A stretch of 64,000 bases of DNA from an uncultured Roseivirgaceae bacterium (GTDB lineage: Bacteria; Bacteroidota; Bacteroidia; Cytophagales; Cyclobacteriaceae), in contig CAYGSD010000008.1 of assembly GCA_964352625.1 (NCBI GenBank), positions 61,712 through 125,711 on the forward strand. Direction: 5' to 3'. Under the pieces are notes generated by a model. The model was not told where the DNA came from. It did not search any database and saw only the letters and a list, made by a program, of their open reading frames with translations. Shown here one piece after another: positions 1 to 10,433 of the stretch; position 1 is the stretch's first letter, and every line of letters begins with the position of its first letter. A program made the translations under genes and the position numbers.

Positions 1-873
1 GTGAGTATTTTTCATGAAGCAGGCTTGCCTGCAGGTTGGTGTGAGTCGATGGTATGTGACAATGACGTGGCGGAGATATTGGTCACGAGTCCAAAAGTCA
101 ATTTCTTCTCGTTTATTGGCTCAGCCAAAGTTGGTTGGTACTTGCGCTCTCAGCTTGCTCCGGGGACTCGCTGCGCACTTGAGCACGGCGGAGCAGCACC
201 AGTGATTGTAGAACCGGATGCAGACATTGACGCCATGATTGCCCCTTTGGTGAAAGGTGGATTCTATCACGCGGGACAAGTTTGTGTGTCCGTTCAGCGA
301 GTTTTCGTGCATGAATCGATCATAGATGAGGTGACTCAAAAAATGAAGGCGGCTACAGAGAAAATAAAAACGGGTGACCCATTGAGTGAGGACACGGAGG
401 CCGGGCCGCTGATTCGTCCCGAGGAAGTGAATCGTGTAGAAGAATGGGTGAATGAGGCCAAGGCAAAAGGTGGTGAAATCATTTGTGGCGGCAATCGAAT
501 TTCTGACACCTGCTATGAACCAACATTGATTGTAAATCCTTCTGAAGACTCTAAAGTTTCGCAGATGGAAATCTTTGGTCCCGTGGTTTGTCTGTACAGC
601 TACTCCAATATGCATGAAGCGATAGATCGAGCAAATGCACTTCCCTTCCATTTTCAAGCTGCGGTCTTCACCAAGAACATTGATAAGGCGCTAGACGCTG
701 TGCACAGAATCAACGCATCCGCCATTATGGTCAACGACCACACGGCCTTCCGCGTGGACTGGATGCCGTTCGCAGGGCGAGACTCAAGCGGACTTGGCAT
801 TGGAAGTATTCCTCACACCATGCATGACATGAGTCGAGAGAAAATGATGGTGATTAAGAGTGGGGTGATTTGA
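1..873 (+). CDS. Aldehyde dehydrogenase family protein; the 5' end lies outside the window.
   Basis: The ORF is open from base 1. The translation shows ALDH C-terminal catalytic-domain character (EHGGAAP, GQVCVS region, FGPVV). No start codon is present in the window. Confidence 0.85.
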   Translation: MSIFHEAGLPAGWCESMVCDNDVAEILVTSPKVNFFSFIGSAKVGWYLRSQLAPGTRCALEHGGAAPVIVEPDADIDAMIAPLVKGGFYHAGQVCVSVQRVFVHESIIDEVTQKMKAATEKIKTGDPLSEDTEAGPLIRPEEVNRVEEWVNEAKAKGGEIICGGNRISDTCYEPTLIVNPSEDSKVSQMEIFGPVVCLYSYSNMHEAIDRANALPFHFQAAVFTKNIDKALDAVHRINASAIMVNDHTAFRVDWMPFAGRDSSGLGIGSIPHTMHDMSREKMMVIKSGVI

Positions 874-1637
874 ATGTGATCAAAAAAGCCCTTCGTCCAA
901 TAGTAAACTTACTTGGTCGACCCAAAATGATGCAGTTCACTGATCCGCCAATATTGATTGGCGGATGTGGACGATCGGGGACTACTCTACTTCTTTCGAT
1001 ACTCTCTGCGCACCACGAATTGTTTTGTCATCCTAAGGAACTCGGCTTTTTTAGCAGTGTTAGCGTTTTGGAATCCGGTGCTATAAAAACACCCAGAATT
1101 CACAGAATTTATCAGAGCTTGTTGTTCAATAAAATACCAAAAACGGCCAAACGATGGTGTGAGAAGTCACCGAGTAATATTCGACATATTGATAATATCA
1201 CTGCATTTACGGGCGGTGATTTTAAGTTCATTGAAATAGTTCGAGATGGCAGGGATGTCATTCTCTCCCGACATCCTACCTCACCCGATCGGTACTGGGT
1301 GGACCCAGAGCGGTGGGTAAGAGATGTGAGCATTGGATTGAAATACCAAGATGACCCTCGGGTTTACACAGTGAGATACGTAGACTTGATAACCGATTAT
1401 GAAAATACCATCGCAGGAATTTGTGAATTTCTAGAAATTGAGCTCACCCCTGAGCTACTCAGCTGGCATGAACATGCCACGGCTACTCGCAATAGGGCCT
1501 ATTTTGGAAAGAAGGTTTCAAGACTTACTGGAGACTCTATTCAAAAGTGGAAAGCCGAAAAACACAAAGAAAGAGTGCAGGAGTTACTTGACTATCCGGG
1601 GGCTATCGATCTTCTGAAACACCACGGGTATCTTTAG
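870..1637 (+). CDS. Sulfotransferase family protein.
   Basis: The translation has a PAPS-binding P-loop-like [10 protein letters not shown] near the N-terminus. The ORF starts with TTG at 870; an in-frame ATG at 924 ([13 protein letters not shown]...) is an alternative start. It overlaps the upstream stop by 4 nt. Confidence 0.7.
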   Translation: MNVIKKALRPIVNLLGRPKMMQFTDPPILIGGCGRSGTTLLLSILSAHHELFCHPKELGFFSSVSVLESGAIKTPRIHRIYQSLLFNKIPKTAKRWCEKSPSNIRHIDNITAFTGGDFKFIEIVRDGRDVILSRHPTSPDRYWVDPERWVRDVSIGLKYQDDPRVYTVRYVDLITDYENTIAGICEFLEIELTPELLSWHEHATATRNRAYFGKKVSRLTGDSIQKWKAEKHKERVQELLDYPGAIDLLKHHGYL

Positions 1638-2212
1638 ATTCCCTGCTCCTTTTTACTGGCAAGCAACCTTTCAAATTCATGGTACCACTCTTCACCAAAT
1701 TTTCGAATCAGCGGTTCTTTTAGGAACCTATAGACTGGCACCTTTAATTCCTTCCCAAGATCACATGCCGGCGAGCAGATGGACCACCGGTCGTAGTTCA
1801 ACGATTCGAATTCGCCAGCCTTACCAACACGAATAGGATAAAGATGACAAGACAAAGGCTTCCTGAAATCCGTCTTCCCGTCCTTGTAGGCCTGCTCTAT
1901 GCCACATTTCAATATTTTCTGATCATCATAAAATGCAAAAGCACATTCCTTCCCATTGATCGTGGTGGTAGAAAAATCTCCGTCTTCATCAACAAGAAAA
2001 CCTCCCTCCTTTTCCAAAACCTCAATCGCTTCCTTGCTTAAATATTCCTTCACGATATCAACCACCTCTTCGATCTGATCCAATTCATCGAACAACAATG
2101 GAGCCCCCAAATCTCCTTCTACACAACATGCTCCCTTGCACTTCTGAAGGTCACAAACGAACGCCTCTTCCACCACTTCATCGGAAATCAAAACCTTGTC
2201 GAACTGAATCAT
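1634..2212 (-). CDS. DUF3109 family protein, a Cys-rich conserved Bacteroidetes protein.
   Basis: The 192-aa ORF has multiple CxxC-type cysteines ([17 protein letters not shown]). The call is from recall of the family, not a search. Confidence 0.55.
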   Translation of the reverse strand: MIQFDKVLISDEVVEEAFVCDLQKCKGACCVEGDLGAPLLFDELDQIEEVVDIVKEYLSKEAIEVLEKEGGFLVDEDGDFSTTTINGKECAFAFYDDQKILKCGIEQAYKDGKTDFRKPLSCHLYPIRVGKAGEFESLNYDRWSICSPACDLGKELKVPVYRFLKEPLIRKFGEEWYHEFERLLASKKEQGI

Positions 2213-2300
2213 TTATAAATTTTCTACAAAAGTAGCGAACCTTTTAGCATGACTACCCGTAAGTTCAACTCAAATACATGTACCTACATAAATAAAGAAA

Positions 2301-2867
2301 ATGAAAAACACAGGATTACTAATTATCGCATTGCTAGTATCTGGCTCGGCTATAGCACAAGACAAACTTTCAGTCAACACAGACGAAAGTGTGATCAACT
2401 GGCATGGCGAAAAAATTGTTGGCAACTCTCATGACGGCACCATAATGTTCAAAGAAGGAAGCATTGAAGTAAAGAATGGAAAACTAGTTGGCGGGTCATT
2501 TACAGCTGACATGACCAGCATTAAAGAAGGTAAAGGAGCCGCTAAGCTCGATGGTCACCTTAAATCAGATGATTTCTTTGGCGTGGAGACGTACCCAACA
2601 TCATCGTTGGTAATTACCAAAGTGGGCAAAGGAAAAGACGGTGCAGCTCAAATCACAGCGAACCTGACCATAAAAGGAAAAACTGAGGAGATTACCTTCC
2701 CTGCTCTTTTCTCCATTGAAAATGGCGTGGCGATTGCCTCTGCCGAGTTGACATTCGATCGCTCGAAATTCGATGTGAGATATGGGTCGGGTTCATTCTT
2801 CGACGATCTTGGAAACAAGGCCATCAGTGACGAAATCAAAATCAACGTGAGCCTAAAGGCCAATTAA
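2301..2867 (+). CDS. YceI family periplasmic protein.
   Basis: A signal peptide is followed by a YceI-like beta-barrel sequence (INWHGEKIVG..HDGT..F..G). The size is ~188 aa. Confidence 0.85.
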   Translation: MKNTGLLIIALLVSGSAIAQDKLSVNTDESVINWHGEKIVGNSHDGTIMFKEGSIEVKNGKLVGGSFTADMTSIKEGKGAAKLDGHLKSDDFFGVETYPTSSLVITKVGKGKDGAAQITANLTIKGKTEEITFPALFSIENGVAIASAELTFDRSKFDVRYGSGSFFDDLGNKAISDEIKINVSLKAN

Positions 2868-2884
2868 GAAAAATTATCCACGAA

Positions 2885-2922
2885 AAAAGCCGTCCCGATG
2901 ATTCGGGGCGGCTTTTTTTGTG
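2885..2922 (+). terminator. Rho-independent terminator.
   Basis: The GC-rich hairpin gccgtcccg...cggggcggc is followed by a T7 run, directly after the YceI stop. Confidence 0.6.
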
Positions 2923-2936
2923 CCAGTTCAGGAACC

Positions 2937-3473
2937 TTACTTCCCTACTTTAAATAAGCTGTAACCCACAGAAAGCTGAAAGGTATTTGCCTTTACATCT
3001 CCACCACCTGCACTCACATCCTTTAGTCCAGCAATATATCTCGCCGTTAGATTTAGTCCCATTGGCAAATCAAGTCCAGCACCGAATGCCGCGCTTAGGT
3101 CAGAATTCTCAAGAGAACTTTTAATGTCATTCCCGTCTGAGTCTTCGGCATTCAATAATATACCAAATTGTGGCCCAGCTTGAACATTGAGACCACCAGC
3201 TATGTAAAACTTAAGCATGATTGGCACATCCAGATAACCCAAGTCAACAGCATCGGCTCCTCTTTTCGAAAACAAGGCTTCAGGCTGAATACCAAATTTC
3301 GTGATCTTGATGAGGCCGTAAGCACCGCCATGAAACGCCGTGATGTTATCTCCTCCACCTTCACTGAGGCTGGCCATATTTACACCACCTTTAAGTCCTA
3401 ACTCGACCTTGGCTTGGCTAAATCCCAAAGTCACAAGTGAAACAAACAAAATAGATAGAAATACCTTTTTCAT
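2937..3473 (-). CDS. Outer-membrane beta-barrel protein (porin / OmpA-like barrel family).
   Basis: There is a signal peptide (MKKVFLSILFVSLVTLGFSQA), alternating hydrophobic beta-strand pattern, and the protein ends in an aromatic-rich strand. Size is 178 aa. Confidence 0.65.
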   Translation of the reverse strand: MKKVFLSILFVSLVTLGFSQAKVELGLKGGVNMASLSEGGGDNITAFHGGAYGLIKITKFGIQPEALFSKRGADAVDLGYLDVPIMLKFYIAGGLNVQAGPQFGILLNAEDSDGNDIKSSLENSDLSAAFGAGLDLPMGLNLTARYIAGLKDVSAGGGDVKANTFQLSVGYSLFKVGK

Positions 3474-3540
3474 AATTAGTTAATTAGTTTGAGTAAAGTA
3501 AAAGTTAATCTCGCAAACCCCCATCACCACTAAAGGAAAT

Positions 3541-4662
3541 TCAGGAGAGTCTTGATTTAAAATCTTCATATCCAAATTTCTTGGCAAGGTGAAATTCATC
3601 ATTCTTCCAAATGCCAATGCTTGGATGCTTGACTCCATTAAAAGTAGACGTTTTCACCATGGTGTAATGAATCATATCTAGAAGGATTACCCTACTTCCC
3701 ATCTCTAATGGTTCATCGAAAAAATATTCTTCCAGAAAATCTCCTGCCAGACAACTCACACCGCCTAATCTGTAACCATACTCGCCACTCTCTGCCGTTC
3801 CAATAATTGCTGGTCGGTAAGGCATTTCGAGTGTATCGGGCATGTGGCAGGTGAATGATGTGTCTAAAATTGCGGTCTTCTTTCCTCCATTTTCAACAAT
3901 GTCCAATACCGATGTGACCAAATCTCCTGTCTGCCACGCAAAGGCGCTCCCTGGCTCAAGAATCACCTGCACATTAAATTTCTCTTTGAATTTTCTCAAA
4001 ACAGAAATCAAATGATCAGTATCGTACCCATCCTTGGTCATCAGATGGCCTCCGCCCATATTCACCCACTTGACCTTTGGCAAATGCTGACCAAACTTCT
4101 CTTCAAAATGCTCCAGCACAGTTGCTAAAGAATAGGAAGTTGACTCACATAGTACATGAAAGTGAAGTCCTTCAATCCCTTCTGGCAACTCCGTTGGAAA
4201 CTGGACAGCCGTGATTCCCAAGCGGGAAACAGAACTGGCCGGATTGTACAAATCCGTTTCCACGTCTGACCATTCGGGATTGACTCTGAGTCCGCAACTC
4301 ACCTTACCTTCAGCTTTGTGTCTGAACCTTTCGAATTGTGAAATGGAATTGAACGTGATGTGACTTGACTTTTCCAGTATTTCATCAAATTCGTCTTCAG
4401 CGTATGCCACGGCATATGTGTGAGACTTGGCTTTCATTTCCTCGAAACAAAGGCGCACTTCATTCAGAGAGCTCGCGGTAGCCCCGGAAATATATTCTCT
4501 CACAATCGGGAAGGCACTCCACATCGAAAACCCCTTGAACGCCAGAATAATCTCCACTCCTGCTTTCTCACTCACTGATCGAATTAGGCTGAGATTTTGT
4601 CTTAGCTTCTCCTCATCCAACACAAAGCAGGGTGTCGGGATTTTTGAATAATCAATTGGCAT
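3541..4662 (-). CDS. nspC: Carboxynorspermidine decarboxylase.
   Basis: The 373-aa translation has PLP-dependent decarboxylase fold features. The CANSDC family call is supported by adjacency to the CANSDH gene. Confidence 0.85.
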   Translation of the reverse strand: MPIDYSKIPTPCFVLDEEKLRQNLSLIRSVSEKAGVEIILAFKGFSMWSAFPIVREYISGATASSLNEVRLCFEEMKAKSHTYAVAYAEDEFDEILEKSSHITFNSISQFERFRHKAEGKVSCGLRVNPEWSDVETDLYNPASSVSRLGITAVQFPTELPEGIEGLHFHVLCESTSYSLATVLEHFEEKFGQHLPKVKWVNMGGGHLMTKDGYDTDHLISVLRKFKEKFNVQVILEPGSAFAWQTGDLVTSVLDIVENGGKKTAILDTSFTCHMPDTLEMPYRPAIIGTAESGEYGYRLGGVSCLAGDFLEEYFFDEPLEMGSRVILLDMIHYTMVKTSTFNGVKHPSIGIWKNDEFHLAKKFGYEDFKSRLS

Positions 4663-5164
4663 TGAGATAGCGCTCTTCTAAAATGTGCAAATGATGCAAG
4701 CAATGACCAGAAATAATATAGCCAATAGCCTCCACAGAAAATTCACCTCCACTAGTCTTACCTGTTCGCTTCATCTGCACTTGATCGAAGTTGGCAAATA
4801 GATCTATGGTGGCAGCTCTTAAAATATGAAACTCGTTCAGAATTGAAGCCAGTTTACGATCATTCGCTCTACTCTCAGGCACGTATGCATCCTGATCAAA
4901 TCCCGAAAGTTCGGTCTGATCGTTCCTCGCAAAACGAAGCGCGCGATAGCAAAAAATCCGCTCGGCATCATTCAAATGCTGGAGTACTTCTTTGATCGTC
5001 CACTTACCTTCTGCGTAAGCAAAAATCCCTTTTTCCTCTGGAATGGATGAAACCAAGTCACTCAATTCGTCACCAGATTCCATCAAGTTTTGGAGTGCCG
5101 TTCCATTTTGGATTTGGCCCAAATACCCATGATAAAACTTCGGCGCTGCGTTTAAATCAATCAT
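4652..5164 (-). CDS. DinB family (DinB_2 / YfiT-like) protein.
   Basis: The 170-aa ORF has a His-rich putative metal-binding four-helix-bundle signature (HLNDAERIF ... HCLHHLHILEE). It overlaps both neighbours, by 8 nt and 11 nt. Confidence 0.7.
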   Translation of the reverse strand: MIDLNAAPKFYHGYLGQIQNGTALQNLMESGDELSDLVSSIPEEKGIFAYAEGKWTIKEVLQHLNDAERIFCYRALRFARNDQTELSGFDQDAYVPESRANDRKLASILNEFHILRAATIDLFANFDQVQMKRTGKTSGGEFSVEAIGYIISGHCLHHLHILEERYLNAN

Positions 5165-6368
5165 AATTAAATTCTAAATCCTCATTAACTAGTTCGTGCC
5201 AAGGCAATCCCGACTCCCCCACCTTTTTGAGGAATGGATCAGGGTTGAACTCTTCTACATTCCTCACTCCGGTTCCGCCCCATTCGCCAGTCAAAAACAT
5301 AAACGCACCTGTCATGGCTGGCACACCCGTGGTATAGGATACGCCCTGAGCTCCCGTCTCCTGAAAGGCCTGCTGATGCGGACAGTTGTTGTAGATGTAG
5401 TAGGTCTTGTCTGCTCCATCTTTAACGCCCTTGATTCTACAACCAATCGAAGTTTCTCCTTCGTAATTTTCACCTAAACTTCCCGGATCTGGAAGAACAG
5501 CCTTTAGGAATTGAAGAGGAACTATCTCTTGTCCCTGATACATGACCGGCTCAATTGAAGCCATGCCAATGTTCTGAATCACTCTCAGGTGCGTCAAGTA
5601 CTCTTGGCCAAAAGTCATCCAAAAACGAGCTCTCTTAAGAGAGGGGAAATTTTTGGTGATGGACTCTAACTCCTCGTGAAACAAAAGGTACGAATCTCTC
5701 TCTCCGATATTTGGATAGGTCAATACCTCTTTGAACTCAAAAGGCTCAGTCTCCACCCACTTGCCGTCTTTCCAGTATTTACCTTTTTGGGTGATCTCTC
5801 GAATGTTGATCTCAGGGTTGAAATTGGTGGCGAAAGCCTTTCCATGATCACCCCCATTGCAGTCTACAATGTCCAGATAATGCATCTCATCAAAGTGATG
5901 CTTGGCAGCATAAGCTGTGTAAACGCCCGTCACTCCAGGGTCAAAGCCACACCCGAGAATGGCAAGTAATCCGGCTTCCTTAAATCTTTCCTGATAGGCC
6001 CACTGCCATGAATACTCAAATTTGGCCTCTTCTATAGGCTCATAATTGGCTGTGTCCAAATAATTCACACCAGCCTTTAGGCACGCTTCCATGATCGTCA
6101 AATCCTGATAAGGAAGTGCCACATTGATGACTAACTTGGGTTGGTGCCTCTCAAAAAGAGCGACCACTTCTTCTACATGGTCAGCATCTACTTGATCGGT
6201 TTGCACCGTTACACCATGCATCTTCTTGATATCCGCAGCTATTGCATCACACTTTGATTTGGTGCGGCTAGCCAAGACAATATCAGAAAATACTTCAGAG
6301 TTTTCAGCGCATTTGAATGCAGTCACACGACCCACTCCTCCTGCACCGATGATTACTATTTTAGACAT
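5157..6368 (-). CDS. Carboxynorspermidine synthase (saccharopine dehydrogenase family, CANSDH).
   Basis: There is an N-terminal Rossmann GAGGVG motif. The size is 403 aa. It sits in the operon with nspC. Confidence 0.8.
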   Translation of the reverse strand: MSKIVIIGAGGVGRVTAFKCAENSEVFSDIVLASRTKSKCDAIAADIKKMHGVTVQTDQVDADHVEEVVALFERHQPKLVINVALPYQDLTIMEACLKAGVNYLDTANYEPIEEAKFEYSWQWAYQERFKEAGLLAILGCGFDPGVTGVYTAYAAKHHFDEMHYLDIVDCNGGDHGKAFATNFNPEINIREITQKGKYWKDGKWVETEPFEFKEVLTYPNIGERDSYLLFHEELESITKNFPSLKRARFWMTFGQEYLTHLRVIQNIGMASIEPVMYQGQEIVPLQFLKAVLPDPGSLGENYEGETSIGCRIKGVKDGADKTYYIYNNCPHQQAFQETGAQGVSYTTGVPAMTGAFMFLTGEWGGTGVRNVEEFNPDPFLKKVGESGLPWHELVNEDLEFNYD

Positions 6369-6398
6369 TCGTTAAGGTTTTACCCAAAGGTAATTTCC

Positions 6399-9029
6399 TT
6401 ATCGAATAAATCGGTGTGCGAGCTTGATAAGAAATGTATTTGTTCCCTTAAGCCCATTGAGTTCCCCTGTCAAATTTCTGAATTCATTTCGATCACTTGA
6501 ATCATTATATGAACCATTATTCGCCCAAACGAGGAACAAGGTAGAACCGGGAATGTACTCCCAACGAAGCACCATATTAGATCGAAATTCTACACTATTG
6601 AAGTTTGGATTGCCAAATGAATAATCTGTAGTCAGGTCGTTATTTTCGTCTACATTGAAAACATCATCAGCAGGATCATAGGTGATTTGCGCATCTTCAA
6701 TAAGCAGGAATCTGTTTTCCAAATCGGTGGCATTCGACTCGGTGACTCGCTTGAATTCGCTGTACTCTCCTGAGGCAAGGAATGGTTGTCCCCAGAATTC
6801 GATGGTCAGATTTGGCGTAACATTATAATTCGCTCTTATTGACATGCTGTAGGTGTTCTGAGCAATTCGACTTAGGAGATAAATCCCATCCTCTTCACTG
6901 TCATTACCCACATACTGGAGGGTATTATCTCGGAATGAAACACTTGGGGAGAGAGTAAAAGTGAAGGCATCCGTAGGCCGAACAGTCAGGTTAAAATTGA
7001 AGCCCATGCTGTCGTTGAAATCATCCTTACCCTGGAAAAACCAGTTACTGTACGAAACCCTGATCTTCTTCTGTTGATTGGTTCCGACCCAAAACCAAAC
7101 TTCCGTGCCTCCCGGATACGTGATCGAAGGACCTCCTCGCAAATCCGCATTCGATATCGATTCGCCACTTGTAAAGAAACCTGTCTCGAATCCCCAGAAA
7201 TTATGAAACTGGAAATTGAAATTCATATTGGCATTTATACTGGTACGCGTACCTCCGAAATCATAGTTCTGCTCATGGTAAATATTGTAATTCTGCCATC
7301 TGAATAGCTTCGTTTTGTCATTGATTTGATACCTCGCATAGACCCAATTATTGATATTATCCGTTTGCTGGAGAAACCCAATGTCATTGAGCTCCAAACC
7401 CGGAGATCGGTAGTTTGAGCCTACTGTCCAGTTCAGCTTCCCGCTCTGTTTTCCGAAAGTAAGCGCAGCGAAAGAACCGGTTAAAACAGTGAGCGTGCTA
7501 TCCACGTCTCGGTAGTCATTGTCTGTTCGTTGGAAGCTCCTTCTGAATGCCGTCTGGGTTCTATACAAGGCGCCTTCCGTACCCTCAACGCGGCTCATCC
7601 CAATTTTTGCATTAACACTGTATTTTCTATCCCATAGATTCTGGGTAATATCCACACCCCCACTTTGCGCATTGTCATGCAAATATTCCAGTCCATTCCC
7701 TTGCTGATTGAAGCGCTTCACATTTGTGAAAATACCTCCAACGACCGTGTTGCCCTCATCAAAATCCTGCTGCACACGAGCCACTGTGAAATTGGTCAAT
7801 GGCTCCACTCTTTCCCTTCGTTCATTGCCCACGGTATCCATCACATTGACCCATGTTTCAGCTGTCACTGCATCCTGAAAACCCCATGAGAAACCTTTAG
7901 CGTTCTTTCCTGTAAGCTTTGCCGCTCCTAGAATTCGGGTGTTATTAGGAAAATCCACATACTCGACATCACCATCTTCCGGATATCCCCGAGGACGGGC
8001 GCCTATCCTTCTTGAGTAAAAAAGGTTATTCCGACCTCCACTTGTCCCGAACGTCAGAATGTTATTGCCCTCCAGAAAGAAGGGTCTCTGTTCCCTGAAG
8101 AAAAGCTGGAAAGCAGAAAGGTTAACTGCGGAAGGGTCCGCATCCACTTGTCCGAAATCGGGGTTCACTGTTAAGTCCAAGGTAATATCCGAGGTGATTC
8201 CTACCTTGGCATCCAGCCCAATGTTGGCCATGGATTCGTTCCCTGAATCCCTATATGGATTCCCATCCTCCCTCGGAAATTTGGAAGTAGAGCCGAGTAC
8301 ATACGGCTGAATTTCTAATTGCTTTTGAGGCTTAATACCAGTGATCCCGTTTAGCTCGCCAAAAAGGTGCACCCAACCCGGAGCATTCGGATCTACGGGT
8401 TGCCAGGTCCATCTCTCCTGCTCTCTAAAAAAACGTCTCGTGAATTGAATACCCCACGTGTGCACATCCTGATTGGCAAACCGAAGCTGCGATAATGGGA
8501 TTTTGTACTCGGCTATCCAGCCTTCATCATCCACACTTGTTTTCAGGTACCAGATGGGGTCCCAAGTGGAGTCCCAGTTGTTTCCATTGTTCGATACATA
8601 CTCATCGCCTTTCACCCCGGAAACACTTGCCGTGAAGGAGAAGGCGGTTCGTTTGTCATTGTAGCTATCGATGTTCATTTCCACCCAATCGCCATCGAAC
8701 CCATCGCGCCGAGACATTCGCTTCACGATCTTATCTGGCTCTGTGTCAAAGGCCCGAATGCCCACGTATAAGAACTTCTCATCGTAGAGAATCTTGAATT
8801 TCGTGTCCTGTGAGGGAGTGGATTTGTAGTCGGGTTGGTGCCCGATAAAATCGCCTCCCCATTCTACCTGGTTCCAGGCGTCATCATCCAGAAACCCATC
8901 TATGACAGGAGCCTCGCCCTCTATGCGTTGAGTGTTGTAAGTTTTTTTCTTTTCTTCTTCCTGGGCGAAAGCTGTTGTCCAATACAACAGAGATAGGAGC
9001 GTTAGTCCTGTGAGTTTTTTGGTGAGCAT
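6399..9029 (-). CDS. DUF5916 / carbohydrate-binding-family-9-like domain protein, secreted or outer-membrane.
   Basis: The track ORF is 885 aa. The likely start is Met10 (MLTKKLTGLTLLSLLYWTTAFAQ signal peptide). It is Trp/Tyr/Asn-rich in the way beta-barrel proteins are. Confidence 0.55.
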   Translation of the reverse strand: MLTKKLTGLTLLSLLYWTTAFAQEEEKKKTYNTQRIEGEAPVIDGFLDDDAWNQVEWGGDFIGHQPDYKSTPSQDTKFKILYDEKFLYVGIRAFDTEPDKIVKRMSRRDGFDGDWVEMNIDSYNDKRTAFSFTASVSGVKGDEYVSNNGNNWDSTWDPIWYLKTSVDDEGWIAEYKIPLSQLRFANQDVHTWGIQFTRRFFREQERWTWQPVDPNAPGWVHLFGELNGITGIKPQKQLEIQPYVLGSTSKFPREDGNPYRDSGNESMANIGLDAKVGITSDITLDLTVNPDFGQVDADPSAVNLSAFQLFFREQRPFFLEGNNILTFGTSGGRNNLFYSRRIGARPRGYPEDGDVEYVDFPNNTRILGAAKLTGKNAKGFSWGFQDAVTAETWVNVMDTVGNERRERVEPLTNFTVARVQQDFDEGNTVVGGIFTNVKRFNQQGNGLEYLHDNAQSGGVDITQNLWDRKYSVNAKIGMSRVEGTEGALYRTQTAFRRSFQRTDNDYRDVDSTLTVLTGSFAALTFGKQSGKLNWTVGSNYRSPGLELNDIGFLQQTDNINNWVYARYQINDKTKLFRWQNYNIYHEQNYDFGGTRTSINANMNFNFQFHNFWGFETGFFTSGESISNADLRGGPSITYPGGTEVWFWVGTNQQKKIRVSYSNWFFQGKDDFNDSMGFNFNLTVRPTDAFTFTLSPSVSFRDNTLQYVGNDSEEDGIYLLSRIAQNTYSMSIRANYNVTPNLTIEFWGQPFLASGEYSEFKRVTESNATDLENRFLLIEDAQITYDPADDVFNVDENNDLTTDYSFGNPNFNSVEFRSNMVLRWEYIPGSTLFLVWANNGSYNDSSDRNEFRNLTGELNGLKGTNTFLIKLAHRFIR

Positions 9030-9118
9030 AGGTAGAGTTTGAGTAATGACAACCAAGTATCAATAAGGTTGCATTCGGTAGTTTTACTGCTCAACCTTCA
9101 AATAGTTACAATAGCATT

Positions 9119-10393
9119 TTGAAAAAGTTACTTTTTACATGGACGGTTCTGATACTTTCAATGACCTCCTGTGTCCCATTAGGTACAGTTCCGACAGGTT
9201 CAACTACCTCAAAAACACTTGTTTACGACAATCAAAACTATGAGCGATATGTTGGAAATGTGATACTAAACAGTTTCAATCCATTTATCGAATTGGGTAG
9301 TGCACAACCTTTGAATTTAGAGTTTGATCTGCTCACCAATAAATTTGAAAATCTTCAAGCCAAAATCATTCACTGCAACTTTGACTGGAAACCTTCCAAG
9401 CTTATTGAAATGGAATATCTGGATGGATTCAACCGATTTGACCACAAATCATTCGACTATTCGACCAATACTAAGACTCCATACATTCAGTACTTCTTCG
9501 AGCTAAAACGGCCAAAACTCACAGGAAACTACCTTGTCGTTCTGTACCGTCGTGGAAACGAAAACGATGTGCTTTTCTCACGAAGGATTGTTCTTTACAA
9601 AAAGCAAATCGGCGTATCGGGCGAGTTTCGCATTCCTTCGAAAGTGGCTGCAAGACGAACCGATCAACAACTGGATTTTGAAATCAGCTACTCGGGCGTG
9701 CAAGCGCCAAACCCAAGAGAAAACTTCAAGACGATTATACTGCAAAACAAAGATTGGGATCGTGCGATTGTGAATCTTGAGCCAACAGGAATGCGAGCGG
9801 GTTCTAGCATGCTCGAATGGAGATACTTTGGTGGCGAGACTAATTTTCCCGGGTGGAATCAGTTTCGATGGTTGGACATTCGCACCTTGAATCTTCGAGG
9901 AATAAACGTGGCTAAGATTGAGCGGCTCGCCTCGGAAGTGAAAGTCACGCAATCACTGGAATCCGCACATGGCCGTGACTCCTATCGCCAGCTGATCAAT
10001 GACAATAATGGTCGCTACATTCCGGGCAACAGCGACCCGGGTGAGGGATGGTTAGAAGCCGACTATGCAAAGGTTCAGTTCTCATTAAAGTCCGAAGAAA
10101 ACTTGGGAGATGTCTATGTGATGGGCCGGTTCAATGACTGGAAGAAGACATCCGAAAATAAGATGCGATACGATAGCGAAAGCCGAGTCTACTTCACCAA
10201 CATCCGACTGAAACAGGGATACTATGACTACCGATATGAGCTAGAGTCGAAGGACTTACCTGAGTACGAATTTGAGGGCTCACACTTCCAGGTAGAAAAT
10301 GAATACGAAATACTCGTGTATTACCGAGCGCCCGGTAGAATCAACGACGAAGTGGTTGGATACCTCAGTTTGAATAGTGAGGACTTTTACTAG
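9119..10393 (+). CDS. DUF5103 domain lipoprotein (T9SS-plug-like family) with a CBM20/48-like C-terminal module.
   Basis: The ORF starts with TTG and carries a lipoprotein signal (LILSMTSC). The C-terminus (YVMGRFNDWKK...YYDYRYE) resembles a glycogen-binding module. The family name is from recall. Confidence 0.45.
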   Translation: MKKLLFTWTVLILSMTSCVPLGTVPTGSTTSKTLVYDNQNYERYVGNVILNSFNPFIELGSAQPLNLEFDLLTNKFENLQAKIIHCNFDWKPSKLIEMEYLDGFNRFDHKSFDYSTNTKTPYIQYFFELKRPKLTGNYLVVLYRRGNENDVLFSRRIVLYKKQIGVSGEFRIPSKVAARRTDQQLDFEISYSGVQAPNPRENFKTIILQNKDWDRAIVNLEPTGMRAGSSMLEWRYFGGETNFPGWNQFRWLDIRTLNLRGINVAKIERLASEVKVTQSLESAHGRDSYRQLINDNNGRYIPGNSDPGEGWLEADYAKVQFSLKSEENLGDVYVMGRFNDWKKTSENKMRYDSESRVYFTNIRLKQGYYDYRYELESKDLPEYEFEGSHFQVENEYEILVYYRAPGRINDEVVGYLSLNSEDFY

Positions 10394-10402
10394 AACAATG
10401 AG

Positions 10403-10430
10403 CAATAACCAATAACCAATAACCAATCCC
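10403..10430. repeat. Tandem heptamer repeat, (caataac)x3 followed by caatccc.
   Basis: The repeat is read directly from the sequence. It lies in the 40-bp gap between convergent stops at 10393 and 10434. Confidence 0.5.
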
Positions 10431-10433
10431 TAA

